Below are positions 35,788-45,331 of a stretch of 64,000 bases of DNA, piece after piece. Each line of letters starts with the position of its first letter. Positions within the stretch are counted from its first letter, which is position 1. The notes under the pieces are model-generated. The model was not told the DNA's origin and did not search any database. It worked only from the letters and a program-made list of their open reading frames with translations. The translations under genes and the position numbers were made by a program. Location of the stretch: NCBI GenBank assembly GCA_028687435.1, contig JAQUAF010000022.1:398-64397 (forward strand), in the 5' to 3' direction. Origin of the DNA: Verrucomicrobiia bacterium. GTDB lineage: Bacteria > Verrucomicrobiota > Verrucomicrobiia > JABWAM01.

Positions 35788-36666
35788 ATGAACACCGCCC
35801 AAGCCTGCATTCCCTGCATCATCCGCCAAACCGCCGAGGTTCTGGCCGCAACCGCGCCCGATCCCGCTCAAAAGGAAATCCTGATGCGCCGGATTCTGCG
35901 AGAAATCGCCAAAGCGGACTGGGACACCACGCCTCCCGCCCTGGTGCAGCGAATCCATCGGATCATCAAAAAAATGACAGGCGATTCCGATCCCTATCGA
36001 AAGGTCAAAAGGGAGATGAATCGCATGGCCGCCAGTCTGTTGCCGGAATTGCGCAAACAAATTCGCTCATCCGCCAATCCCCGCGAAACAGCGGCCCGCC
36101 TGGCCATTGCCGGCAACCTGCTGGATTCCGGCGCCAAGACACAAATTTCCGCAAGGGATTTGCCGGAACATGTGACCAGGGTATTGAAACAGTCTTTGGT
36201 TGGCGATGTTACGAAACTCTTTCGCGCGGCGGAAAGCGCCCGGGATATTCTGTACCTGACGGACAATGCGGGGGAGATTTTCTTTGACCGGCTGCTGATC
36301 GAAGAACTGCCGCTTAAAAAAATCACCGTGGCCGTGCGAGGAGCGCCTGTCATCAACGATGCCACCCTCAAGGACGCGAAGGACGCCGGCCTTCCCGGCC
36401 TCGTGCCCGTCATCAACAACGGCAGCGACGCGCCGGGAACCATCCTGGCGGACTGTTCGCCGGAATTTCGCAAACGCTTCAAACGCGCGGAACTCATCAT
36501 TGCCAAAGGACAGGGAAATTACGAGTCGCTGGCCCATGCCGGGCGGCCAAATCTTTGGTTTCTGTTGACGGTGAAATGCCCCTTGGTGGCATCCCAGTTG
36601 AAAACGCCGGTGGGGAGCTTGGCGGTGAGGGAACACCGGCCGGCACCCCACAGATCCGATGGATGA
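35788..36666 (+). CDS. DUF89 / ARMT1-like damage-control phosphatase family protein
   Basis: CIPCIIRQ N-terminus, DSDPYRKVK, YLTDNAGEIFFDRLL, AKGQGNYESL. Confidence 0.8.
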   Translation: MNTAQACIPCIIRQTAEVLAATAPDPAQKEILMRRILREIAKADWDTTPPALVQRIHRIIKKMTGDSDPYRKVKREMNRMAASLLPELRKQIRSSANPRETAARLAIAGNLLDSGAKTQISARDLPEHVTRVLKQSLVGDVTKLFRAAESARDILYLTDNAGEIFFDRLLIEELPLKKITVAVRGAPVINDATLKDAKDAGLPGLVPVINNGSDAPGTILADCSPEFRKRFKRAELIIAKGQGNYESLAHAGRPNLWFLLTVKCPLVASQLKTPVGSLAVREHRPAPHRSDG

Positions 36667-36729
36667 TCCAAGATGGCATGATGGTTGGACTTTGGAAGCA
36701 TGAATCAAAATCAGAGAAAGGAATCTGCC

Positions 36730-37080
36730 ATGTCAGAAACAGTTAACATGAGAAAAGTTGGAATTATTCGTTGCCAACAGACGGAAGATATCTGTCCTGG
36801 GACAACGGATTTCAAGGCGGCATCGCAAGGAAAGTTCGCGTTTGAGGAAACCGGCCCTGTTGAGATCGTCGGCTTTGTCAGTTGCGGAGGTTGCCCGGGC
36901 AAACGAGCCGTCGCACGAGCCAAAGTCATGGCCGAGCGGGGGGCACAAGCCATTGCCTTCACCTCGTGCATTTCCAAGGGCAATCCAATCGGTTATCCTT
37001 GTCCCCATTATGCCAACATACGAAACGCGGTGACAAAGGCGGCCGGTCCCGGCATCCAGATTATTGAATACACACACTAA
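36730..37080 (+). CDS. CGGC-domain protein
   Basis: VGIIRCQQTEDICPG...VSCGGCPGKRA...FTSCI. GAAAGGA RBS before ATG 36730. Confidence 0.65.
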   Translation: MSETVNMRKVGIIRCQQTEDICPGTTDFKAASQGKFAFEETGPVEIVGFVSCGGCPGKRAVARAKVMAERGAQAIAFTSCISKGNPIGYPCPHYANIRNAVTKAAGPGIQIIEYTH

Positions 37081-37195
37081 TCAACATCGGCAACGCTGGA
37101 TCGGCGATTTTTCCGGTTTGGGGACAGCCGCGGCATGGGTTTGCGATGAGAGGGGGTTGATCTCCGGCAAGGCAGGGATTGATTGCGATTGGTTT

Positions 37196-38152
37196 TCAGA
37201 TCAGGGCCAGTTTTTCAAGCAACCGGCGGTCGTCATCCGGAGCGGGATTTGCGGCGGTCAGAAGGCGGCGTCCAATGAAAATTCCGTTCGCGCCGGCGTA
37301 AAAACAGAGGGCTTGCGCTTCCCGGGAGAGGCCGAGGCGTCCGGCGCCAAGGCGCACGATGGAATGGGGGAAAACGATCCGGACGGTGGCGATGAAACGG
37401 ATCAGATCCAGCGGGTCCATGGGCGGCGTTTTTTCCAGGGGGGTTCCGGAAATGGGCATCAAACAATTGATGGGAATGCCTTCGGGCGCGGGGTTCAATT
37501 TTGCCAGCTCCTCAATCAGGCGCAAACGATCCCTTGTTTTTTCCCCCATTCCGATGATGCCTCCGCAGCACAAGGCCATGCCCGCCTTTCGGATATGACG
37601 GATGGTTGACAGGCGGTCCTCGAAGGTGTGGGTGGTGATGATTTTTTTGAAAAATTCCGGGCTGGTTTCCAGGTTGTGGTTGTAACAGTCCACGCCCGCC
37701 TGTTTCAGAGCCATGGCGGTTTCAAGGTTGATGTTGCCCAAGGTGGCGCATGGACGCAATTTTTCCCGCCGGATGGCGGCAATCAGGTCCATGAGCCGCT
37801 GAAAATCCGGATGGTTCAGGCGCGTTCCCCGCCATGCGGCGCTGATTCCCATGCAAACAGCGCCCTGCCGCCGGCCTTCCCGGGCCAGCGCGGCCGTTTC
37901 CCGAACCGTCATCCACCGGGTGGTCCGGATGCCCGCCGAATGACGCCGGCTTTGGGCGCAATAGGCGCAGTCTTCCCCGCATCCGCCCATTTTGACATTG
38001 GCCAGGGCGCATAACCGCATGGGTTTTGACCGGTTGTTTTCGAGGTGGACCCGGCGCGCTTGTCCGAGCAGGGCAAACAGGGGCTGGCGGTGGATGTTTT
38101 GGATCCGTTCAAGCATTGAGTTTGTCGTCGAATCGGAGAAGCCGGGCGCCAT
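37196..38152 (-). CDS. bioB: biotin synthase
   Basis: GGCGEDCAYCAQS radical SAM motif. YNHNLETSPEFFKKIITTHTFEDRL. CCGGIIGMGE. VRLGAGR. Collinear with E. coli BioB by eye. Start uncertain (38152 or 38116). Confidence 0.9.
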   Translation of the reverse strand: MAPGFSDSTTNSMLERIQNIHRQPLFALLGQARRVHLENNRSKPMRLCALANVKMGGCGEDCAYCAQSRRHSAGIRTTRWMTVRETAALAREGRRQGAVCMGISAAWRGTRLNHPDFQRLMDLIAAIRREKLRPCATLGNINLETAMALKQAGVDCYNHNLETSPEFFKKIITTHTFEDRLSTIRHIRKAGMALCCGGIIGMGEKTRDRLRLIEELAKLNPAPEGIPINCLMPISGTPLEKTPPMDPLDLIRFIATVRIVFPHSIVRLGAGRLGLSREAQALCFYAGANGIFIGRRLLTAANPAPDDDRRLLEKLALI

Positions 38153-40007
38153 TGAGAATGACGAAGAACGCGCTGGCTTCGTGAATCAATGCGGCGGCCA
38201 GGGGGCCGATCCAGCCGATGGCGGAAAAAAACACCGCAATGACGATGAAGACCACGCCGCAAAGAATGTTCTGGTTGATGATGCGCATGGCTTCCCGGGA
38301 CAAGGCCATGAGCGCGGGCAGGCGCCGCAGGTCGTTGTTCATCAGGGCAATGTCGGCCTGCTTGATGGCCACTTCGCTGCCAAAAGCGCCCATGGCAACC
38401 CCCAGGTTTCCGGCGGCCAGGGCGGGGGCGTCGTTGACTCCGTCGCCCACCACCATGACCTGGCGGCCTTGTTTCTTAAGTTCCTCCACCGCGTGAAATT
38501 TGTCTTCCGGCAGGCATTCGGCCCGGTTGCCGCTCAAGGTCAGTTCCCGGGCGATGGCGTCGGCTGCGGCCTGCCGGTCGCCGGTCACCATGATGATTTG
38601 ATCCACTCCCAATTCACGCAAGGTGGCAATGGTCAGGGGGGCCTCCGGGCGCAAGGTGTCGCCCAGGCAAAGATATCCAGCCGGACGTCCGTCGAGAATC
38701 ACCTGCACCACGCTGAAGCCGGCGGCATCCGCGGGTTCCGGCAGACTCAGGCCGGTTTGGGCTTCCACCCAGGATTGGCGCCCCGCCAGCGCCTGGCGCC
38801 GGTCGATCCGCGCCCGGATGCCCCGGCCATGCTCTTCATGGACATCGTTTGAATCCGGAATATTCACCCCCCTGTTTTTGGCCTCCTCGATGATGGCGCG
38901 CGCGACGGGATGGGTGGAGTGAAATTCCACCCCTGCCGCCAGCCGCAGGAGCCCGGCTTCGTCGAAACCCGGGGAGGGGACCACGCGCACCACCTTGAGT
39001 TTGCCCGAGGTGAGAGTGCCGGTTTTGTCGAAAACCACGGTGTCCACGTGCGCCGCCTCCTCAAAAAAACGGACGCTTTTGACCAGCAATCCCAGCCGCG
39101 AGGCGCAGGCGAGGGCTGCAATCATGGCGGCAGGGCCGGCCAGCACAAAGGCGCAGGGCATGCTGACAATGACCACGGCGATGGCCCGGTTGATGTCGCG
39201 GGTGAAAAAAAGCACAAAACCGCTGAGGATCAACACCAGCGGCGCGTAATACCGCGCGTATTCATCCAGCAGACGCATCACCGGCGCCCGGCTGGCCTGG
39301 GCTTCCCCGATGATCCGGCGCACCCTGCCCAGAATGGTTTCCCCGCCCACCCAGGTGACCTCCATCTCGATCATGCCGGTCAGATTGACGGCCCCGGCGT
39401 AAATCGTGGCGCCCGGCTCGACTTCCACCGGCAGAAATTCGCCCGTGATGGGCGCCTGGTTCAAGGTCGAAACTCCCGCAATCACGCGTCCGTCGGCGGG
39501 AATTCCGTCGCCGGGACGCAAACGGACGCGATCTCCCACCCGCAGGGATTCCGCGTCCACCAGTTCCTCCCCATTCGGAGTGATCCGGCGGACGCCGGCC
39601 TTGGACAAACGCAGCAGGCTGTCCAAAGCCTCCTTGACTCCCAACATGCCGCGATCCTCAAGCAGGTGTCCGCAGATGAGCACCAAACCGGTGAGGGCGC
39701 CGGCCACATATTGGCCGGAGGCAAAGCATGCCGTCACCGCAAGAGCGATGAGCTGGTTCATGAAAATGCGGGTGGAAATCATTTCTTCGTTTCGGAAACC
39801 GCGGAATGCCTCGTAGAGCAGGGGCGCGCCCACCACCGCGGCGCTGGCCATGGCAAAGAAAGCCGACACCTCGGCCTGGCTTGGCCGGAAAAGGCGGCTT
39901 CCTCCCGACAGCAGGAGCAGGCCGGCGCCGGTCAGCAGAATCATCAGCTTCCAGCGCGGGTGATCGTGGTGTTCGTCGTGTCCGGCGGCAATCGGGGCTG
40001 TTTTCAT
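38109..40007 (-). CDS. P1B-type heavy-metal-translocating ATPase, short form without N-terminal CxxC domain (P1B-4-like)
   Basis: DKTGTLT, MVTGD, GDGVNDAPAL. His-rich N-terminus GHDEHHDHP. TM motif SMPCAF and C-terminal HEAS. Confidence 0.9.
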   Translation of the reverse strand: MKTAPIAAGHDEHHDHPRWKLMILLTGAGLLLLSGGSRLFRPSQAEVSAFFAMASAAVVGAPLLYEAFRGFRNEEMISTRIFMNQLIALAVTACFASGQYVAGALTGLVLICGHLLEDRGMLGVKEALDSLLRLSKAGVRRITPNGEELVDAESLRVGDRVRLRPGDGIPADGRVIAGVSTLNQAPITGEFLPVEVEPGATIYAGAVNLTGMIEMEVTWVGGETILGRVRRIIGEAQASRAPVMRLLDEYARYYAPLVLILSGFVLFFTRDINRAIAVVIVSMPCAFVLAGPAAMIAALACASRLGLLVKSVRFFEEAAHVDTVVFDKTGTLTSGKLKVVRVVPSPGFDEAGLLRLAAGVEFHSTHPVARAIIEEAKNRGVNIPDSNDVHEEHGRGIRARIDRRQALAGRQSWVEAQTGLSLPEPADAAGFSVVQVILDGRPAGYLCLGDTLRPEAPLTIATLRELGVDQIIMVTGDRQAAADAIARELTLSGNRAECLPEDKFHAVEELKKQGRQVMVVGDGVNDAPALAAGNLGVAMGAFGSEVAIKQADIALMNNDLRRLPALMALSREAMRIINQNILCGVVFIVIAVFFSAIGWIGPLAAALIHEASAFFVILNGARLLRFDDKLNA

Positions 40008-41026
40008 GGGGTGGAAGAGGTTTTTTGTCCGGGCTGGACCAGCACGCGGAGTTCATCCTGGTTCCCGGCGGTTACGATGCCGGTTTTGAGCGCCGGCATA
40101 AGAGCCTCCACGGTTTCGTAATAAAGCCGGGTTCGGGTTACTTCCGGTTGCTGGGCTGCCTGTTTTGACAGGGAAAGAAAAGCGGCGGCTTCTCCCTTTG
40201 CCTTGGCCCGCAGATCCTGGGCTCGCGAATCGGTTTCCGCACGAATCCGATAGGCCATGGCTTCCGCCGGCGGCAACTCCGAATTGCGATAGGATTGCGC
40301 TTCGTCCAGCAGGGTGCGAATTTCGATCTGGGCGCTGATGACACTTTGAAAGGCGTTCAACACCTGGCGCGGGGGGATCATCTCCTGAACGTCGAAAGAC
40401 AGGATTTCGATTCCCAGCCCGAGCGCGTCAACCCGGGCCTGGGCCAGGCGTCGCGCATTTTGCCGGTATTGGTCAATGCCCTTGGACAACACGGTGTCCA
40501 CATCCGTTTGAGCGGCCGCCAGCAGGGCGGCTTGATAAAGAGACGCCCCGAGGAGGGAATCCCGGTCGCGGACCGACAGTGCGTAAGCCACCGGATCGGA
40601 TGCCTTGAAACGGGCCGAAAACCGGCTTTGAATGATATTGACGTCGCCGGTCAACATGTAGCCATCGCGAGCGGGGTGCAGTCCCGCGGCCATTGACATC
40701 GGATCCGCGGCCAGGGGCATGCCGGGCGGCGCCGCGCATCCCAGGAGGGACATTTCCTGGATTTGGTTGATGGGGATCTTGATGATTTCATCCACAGGCA
40801 CGGGGAAACCCGGCAACAGGCCTGAAGCATGGATTCCCGGAAGGAGCCGTCCAAAACGCAAGATCACAGCGCATTCGTTGGGTCCCACGATGGTGAAACC
40901 CGAGAGGAAATAGACCAGGGAAAGCGCCAGGATGCCCCACCGCAAGATCCGGATGGTGGCCTGCATTCCCTCCAGAATCGCCCGGACACCCGCGCCGGTT
41001 GTCTTTTTGAATGATGAGGTTTTCAT
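40004..41026 (-). CDS. SPFH/band-7 (HflK/HflC-like) membrane protein
   Basis: N-terminal TM followed by FTIVGPNECAVILRFGRLL and a coiled-coil C-terminal half. 4-nt overlaps on both sides. Confidence 0.75.
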   Translation of the reverse strand: MKTSSFKKTTGAGVRAILEGMQATIRILRWGILALSLVYFLSGFTIVGPNECAVILRFGRLLPGIHASGLLPGFPVPVDEIIKIPINQIQEMSLLGCAAPPGMPLAADPMSMAAGLHPARDGYMLTGDVNIIQSRFSARFKASDPVAYALSVRDRDSLLGASLYQAALLAAAQTDVDTVLSKGIDQYRQNARRLAQARVDALGLGIEILSFDVQEMIPPRQVLNAFQSVISAQIEIRTLLDEAQSYRNSELPPAEAMAYRIRAETDSRAQDLRAKAKGEAAAFLSLSKQAAQQPEVTRTRLYYETVEALMPALKTGIVTAGNQDELRVLVQPGQKTSSTP

Positions 41027-41925
41027 TTGGCGGAATTTTGCAGGGGATCACGCTTGAGCGCGCGGAAGGGGGGGCTGTCGGCGTCCAGGATCAGGGTGGT
41101 GTTGGTGTTCGCCGCCACGCGCAAAGCCTCCAGCTCCCGCAGGAACCGGTAAAGTCCGGGATCCTGCCGGTGGGCGGCGGCATAGATCCGCGCCGCCTCG
41201 CCTTCGGCCTTGCCCCGGGTTTCCTCCGCGTAACGTTTGGCCTCCGCCAGCAGCACGATTTTTTCCGCGTCGGTTTTGGCCCGGATTTCATCCGCCTGCT
41301 GCCGTCCCTCGGCCCGGTATTTTGCGGCCAGTTGCGCCCGTTCCGCCCTCATGCGGTCAAAAACGAACCGGGTGTTGGATTCCGGCAGGGCCAGCCGGGT
41401 GATGCCCGTTTGCACAACCTGGACGCCAAAGGATTTTGCGGCCTCGGCGCGGACCATTTCGGTGATTTGCCGTTCGATTTCGGGGATTTTCACCTCGTCC
41501 GGTTTTTCGGAAACCAATTGGCGGAACTCGTGGACACCCAGCACGGCGTTTTTGGCGCTGGAGACCAGCCCTTCCAGTTTGTTTTTGGCATTTTCAAGAT
41601 TGCCCATGGATTGCAGGAACAACAACGGGTCGCCGACTTTCCATGCGACGAAAACCAACGCGATCACGTTGCGTTTGTCCCGGGTCAGCGATTCGGACAT
41701 CCGGCATTCGTAGAATTGAAGGCGGGCGTCAAAACGATGGGTTGCCTCCACCGGCCAGGGCCAGCGCCAGTAAAGTCCCGGTTCGGTGATCACCCTCACC
41801 GGGCGGCCAAAACGGGTTTTGACGGCTTTTTCGTTTTGCCGCACTTGAAAAGTGAACATGTAAAAAAACAGGATGACGCCGACGGCGGCCGCCATTGCCA
41901 AACGGAGGGGGATGTTGGTTTTCAT
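41023..41925 (-). CDS. SPFH/band-7 (HflC-like) membrane protein
   Basis: MKTNIPLRLAMAAAVGVILFF TM helix, VRQNEKAVKTRFGRPV, and a coiled-coil tail. ATG 41925 forms an ATGA overlap with the upstream stop; the longer listed ORF is Arg/Gly junk. Confidence 0.75.
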   Translation of the reverse strand: MKTNIPLRLAMAAAVGVILFFYMFTFQVRQNEKAVKTRFGRPVRVITEPGLYWRWPWPVEATHRFDARLQFYECRMSESLTRDKRNVIALVFVAWKVGDPLLFLQSMGNLENAKNKLEGLVSSAKNAVLGVHEFRQLVSEKPDEVKIPEIERQITEMVRAEAAKSFGVQVVQTGITRLALPESNTRFVFDRMRAERAQLAAKYRAEGRQQADEIRAKTDAEKIVLLAEAKRYAEETRGKAEGEAARIYAAAHRQDPGLYRFLRELEALRVAANTNTTLILDADSPPFRALKRDPLQNSAK

Positions 41926-43751
41926 GGTTCGATGGGAGTCAGGGATAAGGTGGAGAATTGTCTTAGATCCAGATAAAGCTTTCCGGGAACAGGCCGGTTG
42001 CGGTCCATCACCAGCTTGGAGGGGGAGGAAAGGGATTGTTCCAAGGCTTCCATTTGCCAGCGGAAACGGACCAGATCCTTGTCCTCCCGCTGGGCCAGTT
42101 CCAATTCGGCGAAGCGGCGGGATTCGCCTTGGGCCGCCGACACCCGGCGGGTTTGCTCCGCGCCGGCGGCGGTTTTCAACCGCGACGCCTGTTGATGGGC
42201 TTCCGGAATGGTCCGGGCGCGGTATTCGCGCCCCCGGTCCACCATGGCCTCTTTTTCCTCCTCGGCGCTGACCACGTCCTGGTAGGCCGGCGCCACCTCG
42301 ACAGGGGGATGGGCGTCTTTCAATCCAATCACGGTCACCTCGCAACCGAGATTCATCCGGTCCATTTCCTGCTGCAGACGGCGGTGGAAGGTTTCCCGGA
42401 TGTCGGAACGTTCGACGCTCATGATGCGGAAAGTGTCGCGCGCGCTGAACACCTCGATCAGCAGCCGCTGGGCAAGGAGGCGCAAGGCTTGGGGCGCGTC
42501 AAGGGTGGTTTGCCAATAGGCCGCCGCATCCTTGATCCGGTAATAAACCGAAAGGCTGATGGTCAGCAATTCCTCCCCATTGCCAGCCAGCATGTTTTGT
42601 TCGCCTTCGTAGTGTTTGACATCCCACAAGATCGGCCCGCCGAGATCCTTTTCAAAGCCCAGATGGATTTCCCGGGTTTTTTCAGTGGAAATCACTTCCA
42701 CGGTTTCAATGGGCCAGGGCCATGTCCAATGGAGCCCCGGCTCCAAAGTGGGCGCTTGATATTCGCCAAGGAAAATCCGGATGCCCTTTGAGTCAAAGGG
42801 CACCACGTTCAGAGCCGAGGAAAGCCATGTCAACGCCAGCAGGGTTAAAATCAAAGGCGGAGCGGTTTTGCGCAAAAATTGGACCGCCCACAGGCCGGAA
42901 ATTTTTATGCCGATGGCTTTTTCCAAACGGGAAAAAATATTTTGCAGGGCCTGATTCTCTGTTGCCAGCAGGCCTGAAACCATGCCGCCGCCAAAAGGGG
43001 GCGAATTTTCGCGCTCGGCGCGGGGACGGTAATGATGCGCGATCGCATGGACCGCGGCATCGGCCGCCAGCAGGATCGTCATGCCTCCGAACAACCACGC
43101 GCCCGGCTCATCGATTCGCGCGCCAAGGTACGGACGCGCAAAAAGCCATGCCGCGCCAAGCAAACCGCCGTAAAACAGCAGCCGTCCGTAACCGCAGGCG
43201 GCGTCGAGCCATTCGCCGCAGTCCTGTTCCTTTTTCAATCCGGAGGCCAGTCGTCCGCCAAAATGAAAACCAACGGCCGCCGCCGCCAGGAAAAGGCCGC
43301 TGATCCGCCAGAGATTCGCGTCGGCCGCCAGGCTTCCCACTCTGGCGCCCCAAGCCGAATACAGCCATGCGGCCAAAATCAGCAGGGCCAGACCGAAAAG
43401 GGCCAGTTGCCCCCTTTGCCGGTAAACGGGAAACCATGAATACCATGCTTCGTCCGCCTGGTCCGTGGAAAAAAGAGGACGTTCCCCGTGCGCAATCAAT
43501 TCCTTGGCGCGCTGTTCTGCGGTGGCAAGCCGTTCCTTTTCCAATTGTTCCGCGGCCCAAAGCCGGAAATAGAGATATTGATTGAGAAAAATCCAGGCAT
43601 GCCAGAGAACGAAGGCGCTTATCGCCAGCAACAGGGCGGAACCGGCGCGGAAGCCTTGAACCGACAATAGTCCGCCAAAGCCCGCCGCCAGCCACAGAAA
43701 AACCAAGGCTGTTCTTTGGGTTTTTGAAAGGGTTTCGGAGCAAATGTTCAT
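41922..43751 (-). CDS. polytopic membrane protein with C-terminal SPFH (HflK-like) domain
   Basis: ~300 aa of multiple TM helices, then GIRIFLGEYQAPTLEPGLHWTWPWPIE and a coiled coil. Confidence 0.7.
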   Translation of the reverse strand: MNICSETLSKTQRTALVFLWLAAGFGGLLSVQGFRAGSALLLAISAFVLWHAWIFLNQYLYFRLWAAEQLEKERLATAEQRAKELIAHGERPLFSTDQADEAWYSWFPVYRQRGQLALFGLALLILAAWLYSAWGARVGSLAADANLWRISGLFLAAAAVGFHFGGRLASGLKKEQDCGEWLDAACGYGRLLFYGGLLGAAWLFARPYLGARIDEPGAWLFGGMTILLAADAAVHAIAHHYRPRAERENSPPFGGGMVSGLLATENQALQNIFSRLEKAIGIKISGLWAVQFLRKTAPPLILTLLALTWLSSALNVVPFDSKGIRIFLGEYQAPTLEPGLHWTWPWPIETVEVISTEKTREIHLGFEKDLGGPILWDVKHYEGEQNMLAGNGEELLTISLSVYYRIKDAAAYWQTTLDAPQALRLLAQRLLIEVFSARDTFRIMSVERSDIRETFHRRLQQEMDRMNLGCEVTVIGLKDAHPPVEVAPAYQDVVSAEEEKEAMVDRGREYRARTIPEAHQQASRLKTAAGAEQTRRVSAAQGESRRFAELELAQREDKDLVRFRWQMEALEQSLSSPSKLVMDRNRPVPGKLYLDLRQFSTLSLTPIEP

Positions 43752-44644
43752 AATTTTATGGACAGGCTGTTTTTAATGGATGGCTGGAGAAAACCGAGGC
43801 CATACCGGACAGTCTGGATGATTCCCACGCCGGCGCATCCCGCGGCGACCACGGCGGCGCCCAAGGGAAGATCCCAATGGTATGAGGCAAGAAAACCGGC
43901 GAGGCCCATCAGGACGCCGAACCCGGAGGACCAAACGGCATGTGTGCGCACGCTGGTTGCCAGGCGGGCGGCGCCCACCACGGGCAACACCAGATAGCCG
44001 AATGTCACCAGCGGCCCGACAATGGCCACGCATAGTCCAATGACCAGCCCGTTGAGTAAAGCCAGTGCCAGATGCCATGCTGGCAGATGAATTCCGCAAA
44101 CGGCGGCGAAATCGCGTCCGGTCAGGACCAGCAGGAAGCGTTTGCGGAAAGCCAGCGCCGCCAATGCGGCGGACGGCAGGATCGCGGCAAAAACGCGGAA
44201 GGCGGCGTCATCGATCAACAGCAGGCGTCCGTGAAAAAGATCCTCGATATAGGTTTCGCCCACGCCATTGTGGGAAAGCAGGAGTTGGGTGAACGACATG
44301 GCGGCAAGAAAAGCCATGGCAAGCCAGCTTTCCGTGAGTTCGCCGCGTTGCAGGATGGTCAGCGCCAGGGCGGCGAGGGTGGGCAGGGCAAAGAGGAGCG
44401 ATCCGGCCAGCGCCCTGGAAAATTCCGTTTGCAAGCCATGGCACCAGCCCCATCCCATGGCCGCGCCCCAAAACACAAAGGCCACGCCGGCCAGGGAGAT
44501 TTGCGGCAGCGCCAAGCCCAGCAGAATGGAGCGTCCGAAGACCAGATGCCGGCCGATCAGGGGAACGCACAGGCCCATCAACAGGGAGGCGCAAAGCGCG
44601 TTGGCGAACAGAAAGTTTGGCGAGAAAATTTCCAGGATTTTCAT
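43748..44644 (-). CDS. metal (Zn/Mn-type) ABC transporter permease, ABC-3 family
   Basis: 8-9 TM protein, FLFANALCASLLMGLCVPLIGRHLVFGR. ATGA overlap with the ATPase-component stop. Confidence 0.8.
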   Translation of the reverse strand: MKILEIFSPNFLFANALCASLLMGLCVPLIGRHLVFGRSILLGLALPQISLAGVAFVFWGAAMGWGWCHGLQTEFSRALAGSLLFALPTLAALALTILQRGELTESWLAMAFLAAMSFTQLLLSHNGVGETYIEDLFHGRLLLIDDAAFRVFAAILPSAALAALAFRKRFLLVLTGRDFAAVCGIHLPAWHLALALLNGLVIGLCVAIVGPLVTFGYLVLPVVGAARLATSVRTHAVWSSGFGVLMGLAGFLASYHWDLPLGAAVVAAGCAGVGIIQTVRYGLGFLQPSIKNSLSIKL

Positions 44645-45327
44645 GATGCCCTCCCGTTTTGCCAGGGTTCCATGCAAACGGCGCCATCCGCAACCCGCGC
44701 ATGGTGGGTGGCGATCCCCTCAAAAATTTCCGGGTGATGGACGATGGCGATGACCGTCATTCCGCTGTCGCGCCGCAAATGTCCCAGCAGGCGGATCAGG
44801 ATTTTCTGGGTTTCCAGATCGACGCCGGCGGTGGGTTCGTCCAGCAACAGGAAATCGGGTTGCGCCGCCAGAGCCCGGGCGAGCAACACGCGCTGGCGTT
44901 GCCCGCCCGAGAGTTGGGAGAACATCTGTCCGGCAAAACGATCAGCCTGGCATTGACGCAGGTATTCCCGGCAGGTTTGCCGCCGCCCCCCGAAAATCGT
45001 CCGCCACCAAGGGAAAGCCGCCGCCGCTCCCATTCCGACCATTTCCATGGCGGTGACGGGAAAAGATGCGTCCATGTTGTCGAACTGCGGCACGTATCCC
45101 CGGCGGGTGGATTTGGAGGCCATGGTTCCCGCCAGCAAGGGCAGCAGGCCGCCGATGGTCTTCAGCAGCGTGGTTTTGCCGGAGCCGTTTTCTCCGGATA
45201 AAACCGTGAAGCTGCTCCGGGGGATGGAGAAATCCACCCGCTCGAGGATCGCGCGTTGCGGGTACCCCAGCCTGGCTTGTTGGAATTCCAGGATGTTGTC
45301 CGCGGACAAGGTGGAGGGGGCATTCAT
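44641..45327 (-). CDS. metal ABC transporter ATP-binding protein
   Basis: GENGSGKTTLLK, LSGGQRQRVLLARAL, LLLDEPTAGVD. ATG 45327 preferred over the TTG at 45348. Confidence 0.85.
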   Translation of the reverse strand: MNAPSTLSADNILEFQQARLGYPQRAILERVDFSIPRSSFTVLSGENGSGKTTLLKTIGGLLPLLAGTMASKSTRRGYVPQFDNMDASFPVTAMEMVGMGAAAAFPWWRTIFGGRRQTCREYLRQCQADRFAGQMFSQLSGGQRQRVLLARALAAQPDFLLLDEPTAGVDLETQKILIRLLGHLRRDSGMTVIAIVHHPEIFEGIATHHARVADGAVCMEPWQNGRAS

Positions 45328-45331
45328 GGGA

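Noticed and set aside
36674-36689. TGGCATGATGGTTGGA upstream of the CGGC-domain gene as a sixth sigma-54 promoter
   Set aside because: The -12 position reads GG instead of the near-invariant GC.
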